From NCBI GenBank assembly GCA_964472415.1, contig CAYYLC010000002.1:96470-160469 (forward strand): a DNA stretch of 64,000 nt, in the 5' to 3' direction. Position 1 is the stretch's first letter. Every line of letters begins with the position of its first letter. Positions 9,497-18,693 of the stretch are shown piece by piece. Source of the stretch: an uncultured Gammaproteobacteria bacterium. GTDB lineage: Bacteria > Patescibacteriota > Microgenomatia > Levybacterales > GWA1-39-11. Position numbers and translations under genes: made by a program. The notes beneath the pieces were generated by a model. It made no database searches. It was not told the DNA's origin and saw nothing but the letters and a program-made list of their open reading frames with translations.

Positions 9497-11884
9497 ATGG
9501 AACCAATATCTACTGCAGAACTTCTGCAAATCATGACAACACTATTTGTAGGAATTTTTATTGCTGCACTTATCATTGGCGGAGGAGTGCTCTCTGTTTT
9601 TATTGCAGGCGTATGGTTTCGAGCCCGAGATAGACATAATAGATCTCTCAATTCTGTTCTCATCGAGGTAAAAATTCCTCGAGATAATGAGATAAAGATT
9701 GATGCCGCTGAACAACTCTTCTCAAGTTTTGCATCTATTGATGGTGTCGATGGAATTTTAGGGTTTTCCAAAGTCCCCGATAGTATTACTTTCGAGATTG
9801 TTGCGAAATCAGGAGATATTAGGTTTTATGTCGGCGTTCCCCGAAAACTCCAAGATATGGTAGAAAAACAAATTAATGGCGCATACCCAGACGCACACAT
9901 CCAAGAAGTCGAAGACTATAATATATTTGAGGCAGAGCAAGGAAAAGTCGCATTCACGGGGCTCAAACTAAAAAAATCTGATTACTTACCTATAAAAATG
10001 TACAAAGACCTGCCAGTTGACCCACTTGCAACGATCGTCAGCACTCTGGGGAAAATGCAAGAAGGAGAAGCTGCTGCTGTTCAATTCCTTATTAGCCCTG
10101 CCACCTCCAAGTGGAGTAAGGCAGGACGCTCCCATATATCAAGTGAAAAAAAGTCTGAAGCAGATCCGGAAACAGCAAGTTACTCATTAGACCAAAAAGA
10201 GCTCGAGGCAATAGAAAATAAAATCTCAAAGCCAGGATTTAATACATACATTAGAATCGTTACTGTCTCATCTACCAAAGAGGCTGCCAAAGCACACCTC
10301 TCAAATATCGTAGGTGCATTTACTCAATTTTCCTCTTTTAACGCATTCACAAAACAGAAACAGAGGCTGATGCAGAGCACGATGATGGTCGACTTTATTT
10401 ATCGTCATGTTCCACTCCTTACAAAAGGTTCAGTACTGAATGCGGAAGAACTCGCAACACTCTTCCATTTCCCAAATAAAAGCATTGAGAACCCACACAT
10501 CAATTGGCTTGCATCACGCACAGCTCCTGCTCCAGGAAAGATCCCGACCAGTGGGCTATACCTGGGAAAAAGTATTTATCGAAGCCAAGAGAGGAAAATC
10601 TATATCGGAAAAGATGACAGAAGGCGTCACATGTATATCATCGGAAAAACTGGTGTGGGGAAATCAGAATTTCTAAAAGACATGGTTCTTCAAGATATCA
10701 GGAATGGCGAAGGAGTCGCGGTAATCGATCCTCATGGAGATTTGATTGAGGATATTTTAAAGCTCATTCCCCCAAATCGTGCAGAGGACGTAATTTTATT
10801 TGATCCCTCTGACACAGAGCGCCCTATGGGGCTCAATATGCTTGAAGCTGATACTGAAGACCAAAAACATTTTGTGACTTCATCAATTATTAATCTAATG
10901 TACAAACTCTACGATCCACAAAAAACTGGCATTATCGGACCACGATTTGAACATGCTGTGAGGAATGCAATGCTTACTGTCATGGCTGAGAAGGGGAGCA
11001 CATTTGTTGAATTAGTGCGCGCACTTACTGATCAAAATTATGTACAGCGTCTACTCCCAAAAGTTGATGATCCTATTGTGAGACGCTATTGGACTGATCA
11101 AATCGCACAAACTTCTGACTTTCATAAATCAGAAACATTAGACTATATCGTCTCAAAGTTTGGCCGCTTTGTAACGAATAAAATGATCAGAAATATTATT
11201 GGACAATCAGAAAGTGCATTTAATTTTCGAACAGTTATGGATGAGCAAAAAATTCTTCTTGTGTCTTTAAATAAAGGGAGAATTGGAGAAGAGAATTCAA
11301 GCTTTTTAGGACTTATTTTAGTTCCTAAAATCTTAGTTGCTGCCATGAGTAGGCAAGACATTCCTCAAGATCAACGGAAAGATTTCTTCCTCTACGTCGA
11401 TGAGTTCCAAAACTTTGCAACACCTGATTTCGCACAAATTCTATCTGAAGCGCGAAAATATCGTCTCAACCTGACTGTCGCTAATCAATTTATTGGCCAA
11501 ATTGACGAGGAAGTGAAAAATGCAATTTTTGGAAATGTGGGAACAATTGCATCATTCCGTGTAGGAGTTAATGATGCAAACTATCTCCAGCATGAATTCC
11601 AACCCACTTTTTCAGAAGCTGACCTTATCAATGTCGAACGATTCCACGCATATGTAAAAACGTTGGTAGATGGAGAACCAACAACACCATTTTCTATGGA
11701 CTTAACGAGAAACATTGAGGAAGAAAAGGGGCTCGAGAATCCTCGTGTTGCAGAATTAGTAAAAGAATTATCACGCTTGAAATTTGGAAGGGCACGAGAT
11801 GTTGTGGAACGAGAAATAGAGGGTAGGTCTGATTTGGCGCTTCCCCAACCGCCCGGTGGTGGCCCTTCACCCTCTCGAAGATGA
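9497..11884 (+). CDS. Type IV secretion coupling-protein-like ATPase (VirD4/TraG/TraD family)
   Basis: N-terminal TM helix. Walker A IIGKTGVGKSEF followed by VAVIDPHGDL, and Walker B FLYVDEFQNF, as in TraG/VirD4 coupling proteins. Confidence 0.7.
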   Translation: MEPISTAELLQIMTTLFVGIFIAALIIGGGVLSVFIAGVWFRARDRHNRSLNSVLIEVKIPRDNEIKIDAAEQLFSSFASIDGVDGILGFSKVPDSITFEIVAKSGDIRFYVGVPRKLQDMVEKQINGAYPDAHIQEVEDYNIFEAEQGKVAFTGLKLKKSDYLPIKMYKDLPVDPLATIVSTLGKMQEGEAAAVQFLISPATSKWSKAGRSHISSEKKSEADPETASYSLDQKELEAIENKISKPGFNTYIRIVTVSSTKEAAKAHLSNIVGAFTQFSSFNAFTKQKQRLMQSTMMVDFIYRHVPLLTKGSVLNAEELATLFHFPNKSIENPHINWLASRTAPAPGKIPTSGLYLGKSIYRSQERKIYIGKDDRRRHMYIIGKTGVGKSEFLKDMVLQDIRNGEGVAVIDPHGDLIEDILKLIPPNRAEDVILFDPSDTERPMGLNMLEADTEDQKHFVTSSIINLMYKLYDPQKTGIIGPRFEHAVRNAMLTVMAEKGSTFVELVRALTDQNYVQRLLPKVDDPIVRRYWTDQIAQTSDFHKSETLDYIVSKFGRFVTNKMIRNIIGQSESAFNFRTVMDEQKILLVSLNKGRIGEENSSFLGLILVPKILVAAMSRQDIPQDQRKDFFLYVDEFQNFATPDFAQILSEARKYRLNLTVANQFIGQIDEEVKNAIFGNVGTIASFRVGVNDANYLQHEFQPTFSEADLINVERFHAYVKTLVDGEPTTPFSMDLTRNIEEEKGLENPRVAELVKELSRLKFGRARDVVEREIEGRSDLALPQPPGGGPSPSRR

Positions 11885-11980
11885 GAAAAACTTTGCTATA
11901 ATAACGACTATTGATGACCTTATAGCTCAGGGGGGGCCTGGCTTACAAAGCACGCTATTTTTTACCTCTGATTGCTGAAT

Positions 11981-12052
11981 GCGTCTGTAGCTCAGGGGTA
12001 GAGCGCCATTCTTATAAAATGGATGTCCTTGGTTCGAATCCAAGCAGACGCA
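11981..12052 (+). tRNA. tRNA-Ile (anticodon UAU)
   Basis: Acceptor GCGTCTG/CAGACGC, D arm TAGCTCAGGGGTAGAGC, anticodon stem CCATT/AATGG with loop CTTATAA (34-36 = TAT), T arm CTTGG-TTCGAAT-CCAAG. Confidence 0.7.
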
Positions 12053-12137
12053 CTTGTGAAACTTGGATACAGTAGGCTTCGAGGGTGACAGATTCAAAGG
12101 TCCACTCTGTTTTTATTCACCTGATATAATCAAGACT

Positions 12138-13829
12138 ATGAAAAAAATCCTTCTTCTTTCCTGCATGATAACACTATCAGTTTTTATGTTCTTCTATAAT
12201 CTTCACCCTGTTTTTTCAGACGAACTAGATGCACTAACAAAAGAAATTGCAGAACTCCAAGAAGCACTTGAAGCATCTCAAAAAGCCACCCGACCCCTCG
12301 AATCACAATTGAAAAATCTTGAATCTCGCTTAATAGGTATCGATGCACGAGTAACTGCAATAGAAACAGATATTATAGAAAAGCGAGAATATATTACAAA
12401 TGGCTATAAAGAACTCGAAGAACAAGAAGGGACTTTTAATGCAATCGTTAAAAACTCATATATAAAAACGTACTCGCTCTCGCCGCTCCTGCTATTTTTC
12501 TCAAGTGAAGATCCATCTGCTTTCATAAAATTTCTTACATACCAAAAACAAGACGCAGAGCGAGATAAAAAAGAAATTACTAATATCACAATGCTGCTCG
12601 TAGATTTAGAACGAAAAAAACTACAGCTTGAGGAAGAAGAGAAAACGCTTGCAAATGCGAAAGCGATTTTAGATAGAGAGCGCGCTGAGGTTGAAAGAGT
12701 AGTGCTGGGTGCAAAAGATTATCAATCAGAACTAACTGGTAAAATTGCAGACCTATCTGCCAAACAAACTGAAATTATTAACGCCCGATCAGGAGGATTC
12801 ACCTTTACCATTGGAAGTGGGGAGCTCGCTGATGAGTACCTATCTTCTATTAAAGGATTCAGAGAATCCGCACCTTCTGGTTCTTTTGCAATATTCTCAT
12901 TCGGTGCAAATACGCATAGAAAAGGCATGAGTCAGTACGGTGCACGAGGTCGTGCCCAGAGTGGACAAAACGTAAATCAAATTCTTAAAGCATACTATGG
13001 AAAGGAGCCGGTGCAGAAAGATACTAGCGGAACAATAAAGGTCTCCGGACATGGCGAGATGGATTTTGAAGGGAGATACCTCCTTGGAATTGCAGAAATG
13101 CCTTCATCATGGCATCCTGAAGCATTAAAGGCCCAGGCAATTGCTGCCAGAACCTACGCATATCGATATAAAATACAAAATAGCGAGATCTGCACTACAG
13201 AAGCATGCCAAGTATTCAACGCGGGAAAAGCAGACAATGCACCTGATTCGTGGAAAAAAGCAGTAGAAGATACAGAGGGAATGATCTTAGAAGATGTTGT
13301 AACATATTACGCATCAACGCATGGAGGTTTTGCAGATCCTATCGGATGGGACACCACTGATGGATCTGGCGGAGGAAACTTTATCGATAAAGCATACGAT
13401 AAAATTGGCGGGTCTCCTTGGCTCTATAAAGCATGGTGGAGACAGGGATACAGCAATAGCGGCGCCACATGTGGAAGATCAAATCCCTGGCTCTCTCCCA
13501 CGGAAATGGCAGATATTGTAAATGCAGCAATCGCTTTGAAAGATAGCAGTGGAATAGACACTGGGCGGATTACCCCAACAACCACTGAGTGCTGGGGTGG
13601 AAATCCATACAGCATAGATGAATTACGAAATCTTACTGCAGGAAAAGGTGGAATCTCTGCTGCAACAAGTGTCACTGTCACTCAAGGAAACGGAAACACC
13701 AACACAGTGACCATAAATGGTGTGTCATTAAGTGGCTCAGAGTTTAAAAAGGCTTTTAATTTACGTGCTCCAGGATATCTCTCTATCCCTCAAAGCTCAT
13801 TCGCATTCTTTAATGTCGAGAAAAAATAA
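12138..13829 (+). CDS. SpoIID/LytB-domain protein with N-terminal signal peptide and coiled coil
   Basis: MKKILLLSCMITLSVFMFF signal, then ~200 aa of heptad-rich sequence, then EALKAQAIAARTYAYRY (SpoIID/LytB signature). Start moved to the internal Met at 12138 because the track start overlaps the tRNA flank. Confidence 0.7.
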   Translation: MKKILLLSCMITLSVFMFFYNLHPVFSDELDALTKEIAELQEALEASQKATRPLESQLKNLESRLIGIDARVTAIETDIIEKREYITNGYKELEEQEGTFNAIVKNSYIKTYSLSPLLLFFSSEDPSAFIKFLTYQKQDAERDKKEITNITMLLVDLERKKLQLEEEEKTLANAKAILDRERAEVERVVLGAKDYQSELTGKIADLSAKQTEIINARSGGFTFTIGSGELADEYLSSIKGFRESAPSGSFAIFSFGANTHRKGMSQYGARGRAQSGQNVNQILKAYYGKEPVQKDTSGTIKVSGHGEMDFEGRYLLGIAEMPSSWHPEALKAQAIAARTYAYRYKIQNSEICTTEACQVFNAGKADNAPDSWKKAVEDTEGMILEDVVTYYASTHGGFADPIGWDTTDGSGGGNFIDKAYDKIGGSPWLYKAWWRQGYSNSGATCGRSNPWLSPTEMADIVNAAIALKDSSGIDTGRITPTTTECWGGNPYSIDELRNLTAGKGGISAATSVTVTQGNGNTNTVTINGVSLSGSEFKKAFNLRAPGYLSIPQSSFAFFNVEKK

Positions 13830-13864
13830 TATTCTCAAAGATTTCTAAAAACTTCTGATATAAT

Positions 13865-14557
13865 TTGCTTATGCCTGAAAAAATACTTTCTGGAGAATTT
13901 GAACTCGGAGGAAAATCTTCTTCTCAAAATACAGTAAATCCTTCTGAAAATAAAGACAAAACTATAATACAAACCTCTCAATCAAAAACTATTTCTCCTA
14001 AAAAACATGCAAAGTCTACTTCGCACTTCTTTTCTTCATTCGGATATTATCCAAAAAACATACGCTTCCAAAATCAAGAGAAAGAAGAAGAGATAATTCT
14101 CCTCATTAGAAGAAGGTTTATCGTTAACCTTCCCTGGATTGCCATTTCATTGCTCCTTGCGATTATCGGACCGTTTATTGTCTTTCTGAGCATAGCCTCC
14201 CTCCCCATAAACCCCATTACCCCCGTACAAAATTTTTCCATTATAGCATTTTATTATTTACTTATTTTAGGGTTTGTGATTATGAAATTTACTCTCTGGT
14301 ATTTCCATGTCGGACTTGTTACTAATAAACGCATTAAGGATATTGATATTCATGGAGTATTGTTTAAAGATGTCGCAGAAGCACGCATTGATCAAATACA
14401 AGATGTTTCTTTTACCCAAATCGGATTTATCCCATCACTTTTTAACTATGGTGATATTTTTGTCCAAACAGCAGGAGCAAATCCAAACATTGAATTTGAT
14501 AGAGCACCGGAGCCAACACGAATTGCTCAAATTATTAACGATTTACTCAAACAATAA
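13865..14557 (+). CDS. Membrane protein with bacterial PH (bPH_2/YdbS-like) domain
   Basis: Two TM helices followed by HVGLVTNKRIKDIDIHGVLFKDVAEARIDQIQDV...GDIFVQTAG. Confidence 0.4.
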   Translation: MLMPEKILSGEFELGGKSSSQNTVNPSENKDKTIIQTSQSKTISPKKHAKSTSHFFSSFGYYPKNIRFQNQEKEEEIILLIRRRFIVNLPWIAISLLLAIIGPFIVFLSIASLPINPITPVQNFSIIAFYYLLILGFVIMKFTLWYFHVGLVTNKRIKDIDIHGVLFKDVAEARIDQIQDVSFTQIGFIPSLFNYGDIFVQTAGANPNIEFDRAPEPTRIAQIINDLLKQ

Positions 14558-14562
14558 ATCAT

Positions 14563-14793
14563 ATGGAATTACTAGATATAATACAAGCATTTGGTCAAGA
14601 TCGATTTATATCATTTGTATTGCTCGTTTTTTTGATTGTATACGGATTTTTTGCAGTTGTCCTCTCTATTCAGATCAACTCCTATAATAGAATTCTGACA
14701 CAGTACGGCTTTGCAACGGTATTTAGTATTGTTGGATATATAAATGTAATTATCTCAATTGCACTCATTATTATCACACTGCTTACGTTATGA
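14563..14793 (+). CDS. Small two-TM membrane protein
   Basis: 76 aa, hydrophobic. ATGA overlap with the following CDS. Confidence 0.35.
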   Translation: MELLDIIQAFGQDRFISFVLLVFLIVYGFFAVVLSIQINSYNRILTQYGFATVFSIVGYINVIISIALIIITLLTL

Positions 14794-16577
14794 ATGATAT
14801 TTCTGTCTCGAAGATCGTCGGCTCACCAAATGAATTCGCGTGGTCACAAGCAAGCTCTACTGGGAGATTATATATTGCACTCAGTATCTTTACGGATAAT
14901 GCATCCTCTGAAATCATAAAAATTGGAAAAGAAACACTCGAACAGATCCAACGAGAATTTTTTGCACTTGATGAAAAAAAACTTTCTGATATAAAAATTG
15001 CTGTTGAAAAAGTTTTTTCAAGCCTTCGTCAAGACATTCAGTATTCAGGAGTAATTGCAAGCATCCATGATGACGCGCTCTACATAATAACTGCATCGGA
15101 AGGATTTGCATATATTGACCGAAACAATAATCTTGCAGAAATTGCGAGGGGAGAGGTGGGGAAGATTATTGGATTTTCTGGAAAAATTTTAAATGACGAC
15201 ATTATCACTATCGAAACAGGTGGATTCCAGAAACGAATTTCTCATAAGCTCCTTGCTGAATATACCAATCTCAGAAACAGCGAAAAAATTGCAGAAAATG
15301 TAGCACCATTCATCCTTGAAGATTCTCGCGGCCAAGAAGCAGCAGTTATTATCCATTATCAAAACTCTCCGAAAGCTCACCGAGAACAGCATGATAACTA
15401 TTCAACTCTTCCGGAAGCCCCTTCACGCAAAGAACCTCCTGCAAAGCGCTCAAAATTCTCCATATTGCTTCCTCAATTATCAAATTTCTGGAAAAATAAG
15501 CTCTCTCAAATCTCTACAAAACAAAAGCTGATCGCACTTATTGCAATTATAGTTATCGCGATTTTTATCGGAAGCCTCATTCTAGAGCGGATAAATGAAG
15601 CAAATAAAATAAAATCCCAAGAGTTTACAGCACTTTACGAAGAATCATCTGAAAAATTAGCAGGTGCAAAAAGTCTTATAAGTATAAATCGAGGACGCGC
15701 GCTCGAAGAAGCAACCTCCGCAATTCAGAGGATTGAGTCAAATCTTACAAAGTTCAACAATAACTCCTCCCAATATGAAAAACTTTCATCTCTCCTCTCA
15801 GAGCTAAAATCGACTCAGGATACACTTAGTGAAGGCGTCGACATCTCAGGAACCGTAATTTTTGAAACCAACTCATCAGAAATACTATCTAAAATTGACT
15901 CACTTTCAATCACCAATAATAATATTATTATAGTAGAGGAAAATGGCTATATAGTCCTGAATGAAAACGGCAAAGTTCAAAATGAAGAGAGAACTCATAT
16001 CGCATCTGTTCAAGACACTACTAGCAACAAAGACAAACTCTACGTTCTCACGAATAATTCCGTTGAACAAGTAACCATATCAAATGGCAGAGCTTCTCAG
16101 ATTATTGACAATAGTAGGGGAGCGACAGATATTGCACTCTTTGGTTCAAGCATATATCTTCTGGAAAATAGGGGAGTAGTGGGGAAATACAGCGGGAGCT
16201 CATTTGGAAGATCAAATTATTTTACCGATGACGTATCCCCTCCACAAGATGCAATATCGTTTGCAATCGAAGGATCTATCTACATAGCAAGCAAAAACAC
16301 ACTCAAAAAATTTACGCGTGGCGTTCCTGACACTGATTTTAAGACTGAAGACACACTCAATATTTCTCAGAATTCGATTCTGTACTCCCAAGAAGGATTT
16401 AACCATCTTTATATTCTTGATAAAGCAAGTGGTGCGCTCGCTCAACTCAATACTTCTGGTACCGTGATAAAACAATACACAACAAATATTGTAAGTATTC
16501 AATCATTTATAATTAACGATTCTGAAACAAAGGCATTTATTGCGACGCCTTCACAGGTTTATTCTTTTGACCTATAA
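14790..16577 (+). CDS. Hypothetical membrane-anchored protein
   Basis: Long ORF with a central TM (LIALIAIIVIAIFIGSLIL). C-terminal half has repeated beta-strand-like segments. Confidence 0.5.
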   Translation: MNDISVSKIVGSPNEFAWSQASSTGRLYIALSIFTDNASSEIIKIGKETLEQIQREFFALDEKKLSDIKIAVEKVFSSLRQDIQYSGVIASIHDDALYIITASEGFAYIDRNNNLAEIARGEVGKIIGFSGKILNDDIITIETGGFQKRISHKLLAEYTNLRNSEKIAENVAPFILEDSRGQEAAVIIHYQNSPKAHREQHDNYSTLPEAPSRKEPPAKRSKFSILLPQLSNFWKNKLSQISTKQKLIALIAIIVIAIFIGSLILERINEANKIKSQEFTALYEESSEKLAGAKSLISINRGRALEEATSAIQRIESNLTKFNNNSSQYEKLSSLLSELKSTQDTLSEGVDISGTVIFETNSSEILSKIDSLSITNNNIIIVEENGYIVLNENGKVQNEERTHIASVQDTTSNKDKLYVLTNNSVEQVTISNGRASQIIDNSRGATDIALFGSSIYLLENRGVVGKYSGSSFGRSNYFTDDVSPPQDAISFAIEGSIYIASKNTLKKFTRGVPDTDFKTEDTLNISQNSILYSQEGFNHLYILDKASGALAQLNTSGTVIKQYTTNIVSIQSFIINDSETKAFIATPSQVYSFDL

Positions 16578-16715
16578 TTATTTACCGTGAAAACTTATCC
16601 ACATTTTCGTGAAATATTATGTATAGTTTGATATAGTCTATAGTAATCACAGCCTCGTATTAGCAGCTACTACTCCCCTCTGCTCTTGTCCTATGCAGTA
16701 TAATATCTATCAGAC

Positions 16716-17168
16716 ATGCAAGAATTTAAAAAAATATATAACAAAACGGCACCTAAAAACTTCACTATAGAAGAAAAACTAATGGCAGGAATTGTTCTCG
16801 TGGGATCCGAAGTTAAAGCTATTCGCCTAGGACATATTGACCTCAATTCTTCCTATGTAAAAATTATAGGACGAGAAGCATTCCTCATTAATGCAAAGAT
16901 TTTTCCCTATAAATTTTCGAGAACTGAGAACTACCAAGAAGACAGATCCCGAAAGCTTCTTCTTCACAAAAAAGAGATCCAGGCTCTTAAAAGTAAGCTT
17001 GAGACTGGTAACTATACCCTCATTCCAATAAGCATCTTCCTCAGCAAAGGAAATTTTAAAATAGAAATTGCACTCTCTAAAGGGAAGAAAGTTTATGAAA
17101 AAAGACGCGATAGTAAACGAGCTGCGCTTGAGCGTGTCGCAGAACGTGAACTCAAAAATACGTATTAA
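16716..17168 (+). CDS. smpB: SsrA-binding protein SmpB
   Basis: GIVLVGSEVKAIR...LLLHKKEIQALKSKLETGNYTLIPISIFLSKGNFKIEIALSKGKK. Confidence 0.9.
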   Translation: MQEFKKIYNKTAPKNFTIEEKLMAGIVLVGSEVKAIRLGHIDLNSSYVKIIGREAFLINAKIFPYKFSRTENYQEDRSRKLLLHKKEIQALKSKLETGNYTLIPISIFLSKGNFKIEIALSKGKKVYEKRRDSKRAALERVAERELKNTY

Positions 17169-17308
17169 CTTGATTCTATAGGATAATTTTTATATAATAC
17201 TCTCACCCTTCACTCAAGGCTATTTATAGTTTTGATTAGGAGGAAATTGATATATAAATCACGCACTTTAAGCGAAATAAAAAGTTATATAATCAAGTTT
17301 CAACATAA

Positions 17309-17694
17309 GGGGATGCATTGATTCGACAGAATTTGTACTTTAAAAACTGCAAGCCGACAATGATTACATGTCGTTAAAATTGATCAAAAATACATGCTAA
17401 ATCTCAATTTAGCGGCGTAAAGCGATTTTTTGCTGATCGCATGCCAGCATCTCATGTTGGCTTTGCACCAGCATTCGCATAAAAGCCTGTTCGTTTTCAT
17501 CCGCTTCTCGCACGAGAAAACGAGCATAAACCTGCGAGAAAAACTTAACGGGGCTGGTCAGACCGTTTCGTATAAGACCTTTGCTTAATTTTTCCCGTCA
17601 GTAGGAACAAAATTAAGTGAGCTGAAATACTGACTAAGCTTGTAGATGTTTCAAGGGCAATTTTTGGACGCCGAGTCACTCTCGGCCATCTCCA
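17309..17694 (+). ncRNA. ssrA: tmRNA (SsrA)
   Basis: 5' GGGGATGCATTGATTCGACAG (tRNA-Ala-like, G3 opposite U). 3' GGACGCCGAGTCACTCTCGGCCATCTCCACA, i.e. T arm plus acceptor CATCTCC pairing with GGGGATG. Internal ORF ending ...FAPAFA-TAA at 17480-17482. Sits directly downstream of smpB. Confidence 0.8.
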
Positions 17695-17696
17695 CA

Positions 17697-18407
17697 TCAT
17701 CTTTCCATTGCAAACGCAAGGCCAAAAACTTGCGTTGCTCCCGCTTCCTTCAAAATCTTCCCACATTCACGCAGCGTTGCACCGCTTGTAAATACATCGT
17801 CCACAATGAAAATCGCTTTACCTTTTATTTTATCCCTATATCGTTTCTTCAACTCAAATGCCCCTTGAATATTCTTCTCTCTTTCTTCTTTCTTGAGTTC
17901 AAATTGAGGTCGGGTATCTCGAGATCTTCTCATAAATACAAAATTTGCTCGCATACCTAAACCCTGTGCAATGCCTCTTCCTAATAGTTCTCCCTGATTA
18001 TATCCTCTTACATTTAGCCGAAGCGGATGGAGTGGCACACAAGTTATCCACATATTATCGGACGCGCCTATTACTTTTTGCAGTACTTCATTTTGAATGT
18101 AAGATTCAAACATAAGCCTCACCAATGTATTACTCAAATTATAAATATAGGGCTCGTATTTAAAACTGTGAATTGCCTTTTTAATTACCGATGTGTACTC
18201 TACTGCCACAAATATTCCATCTAAACTATTTCGTGTTCTGCATTTTTTATGCGTTAAGCCACTTATACACGGCCTCATACATTCCGGACACTTTGCAGAT
18301 TCAAGGAAATGAATGTGTGTAAAACAATTATCACAGATATACTTTCCAAACTCTCCACACCCTACGCATCGCTTCGGAAAAAACAACGACATAATAAGAT
18401 CCTTCAT
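17697..18407 (-). CDS. comF: ComF-family protein (phosphoribosyltransferase domain with N-terminal zinc finger)
   Basis: CVGCGEFGKYICDNC...CPEC zinc finger. PRTase motif IFIVDDVFTSGATL. Confidence 0.75.
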   Translation of the reverse strand: MKDLIMSLFFPKRCVGCGEFGKYICDNCFTHIHFLESAKCPECMRPCISGLTHKKCRTRNSLDGIFVAVEYTSVIKKAIHSFKYEPYIYNLSNTLVRLMFESYIQNEVLQKVIGASDNMWITCVPLHPLRLNVRGYNQGELLGRGIAQGLGMRANFVFMRRSRDTRPQFELKKEEREKNIQGAFELKKRYRDKIKGKAIFIVDDVFTSGATLRECGKILKEAGATQVFGLAFAMER

Positions 18408-18527
18408 TAGGATTATTATAAATAAGAGAGCCTGAAAAAACAGTAACCTTTTGAGGTGAAACTATGAGCCTGCTATATAAAGTTGTCTGCATGTTATCCA
18501 CAAATGTGTATTTATACTATAAGACAT

Positions 18528-18689
18528 CTATACCGTTTTAGCTTCATTTCTCACGTTTTCTCCCGGCTTCCACTCACACATAGGACACGCTCTCATAACT
18601 CCTTGTTGAATTTTTATAACATCAGACTCTGATGCTTCCCACTGGCAACTTTTGCAAATTATTTTGTAGCACACTTTACAACCATTCAT
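18528..18689 (-). CDS. Putative small zinc-ribbon protein
   Basis: MNGCKVCYKIICKSCQW...ACPMCEW has four CxxC pairs. Start 5 nt after the upstream CDS stop. The long track ORF 18528..18812 overlaps the upstream gene. Confidence 0.3.
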   Translation of the reverse strand: MNGCKVCYKIICKSCQWEASESDVIKIQQGVMRACPMCEWKPGENVRNEAKTV

Positions 18690-18693
18690 AGCT

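Noticed and set aside
11921-11975. tRNA-like sequence (TATAGCTCAGGGGGGG...) upstream of tRNA-Ile
   Set aside because: Only a D-arm-like segment is present. No anticodon stem, T arm or acceptor pairing can be drawn. It is treated as a possible remnant, not a gene.
12063-12137. Upstream extension of the SpoIID-like ORF (track start at 12063)
   Set aside because: The extension begins only 11 nt after the tRNA-Ile 3' end and precedes a canonical signal peptide starting at the internal Met (12138). The internal start was preferred.
16595-16603. Perfect DnaA box TTATCCACA upstream of smpB
   Set aside because: A single 9-mer occurrence is expected by chance in 64 kb, and it is far from dnaA with no clustering.
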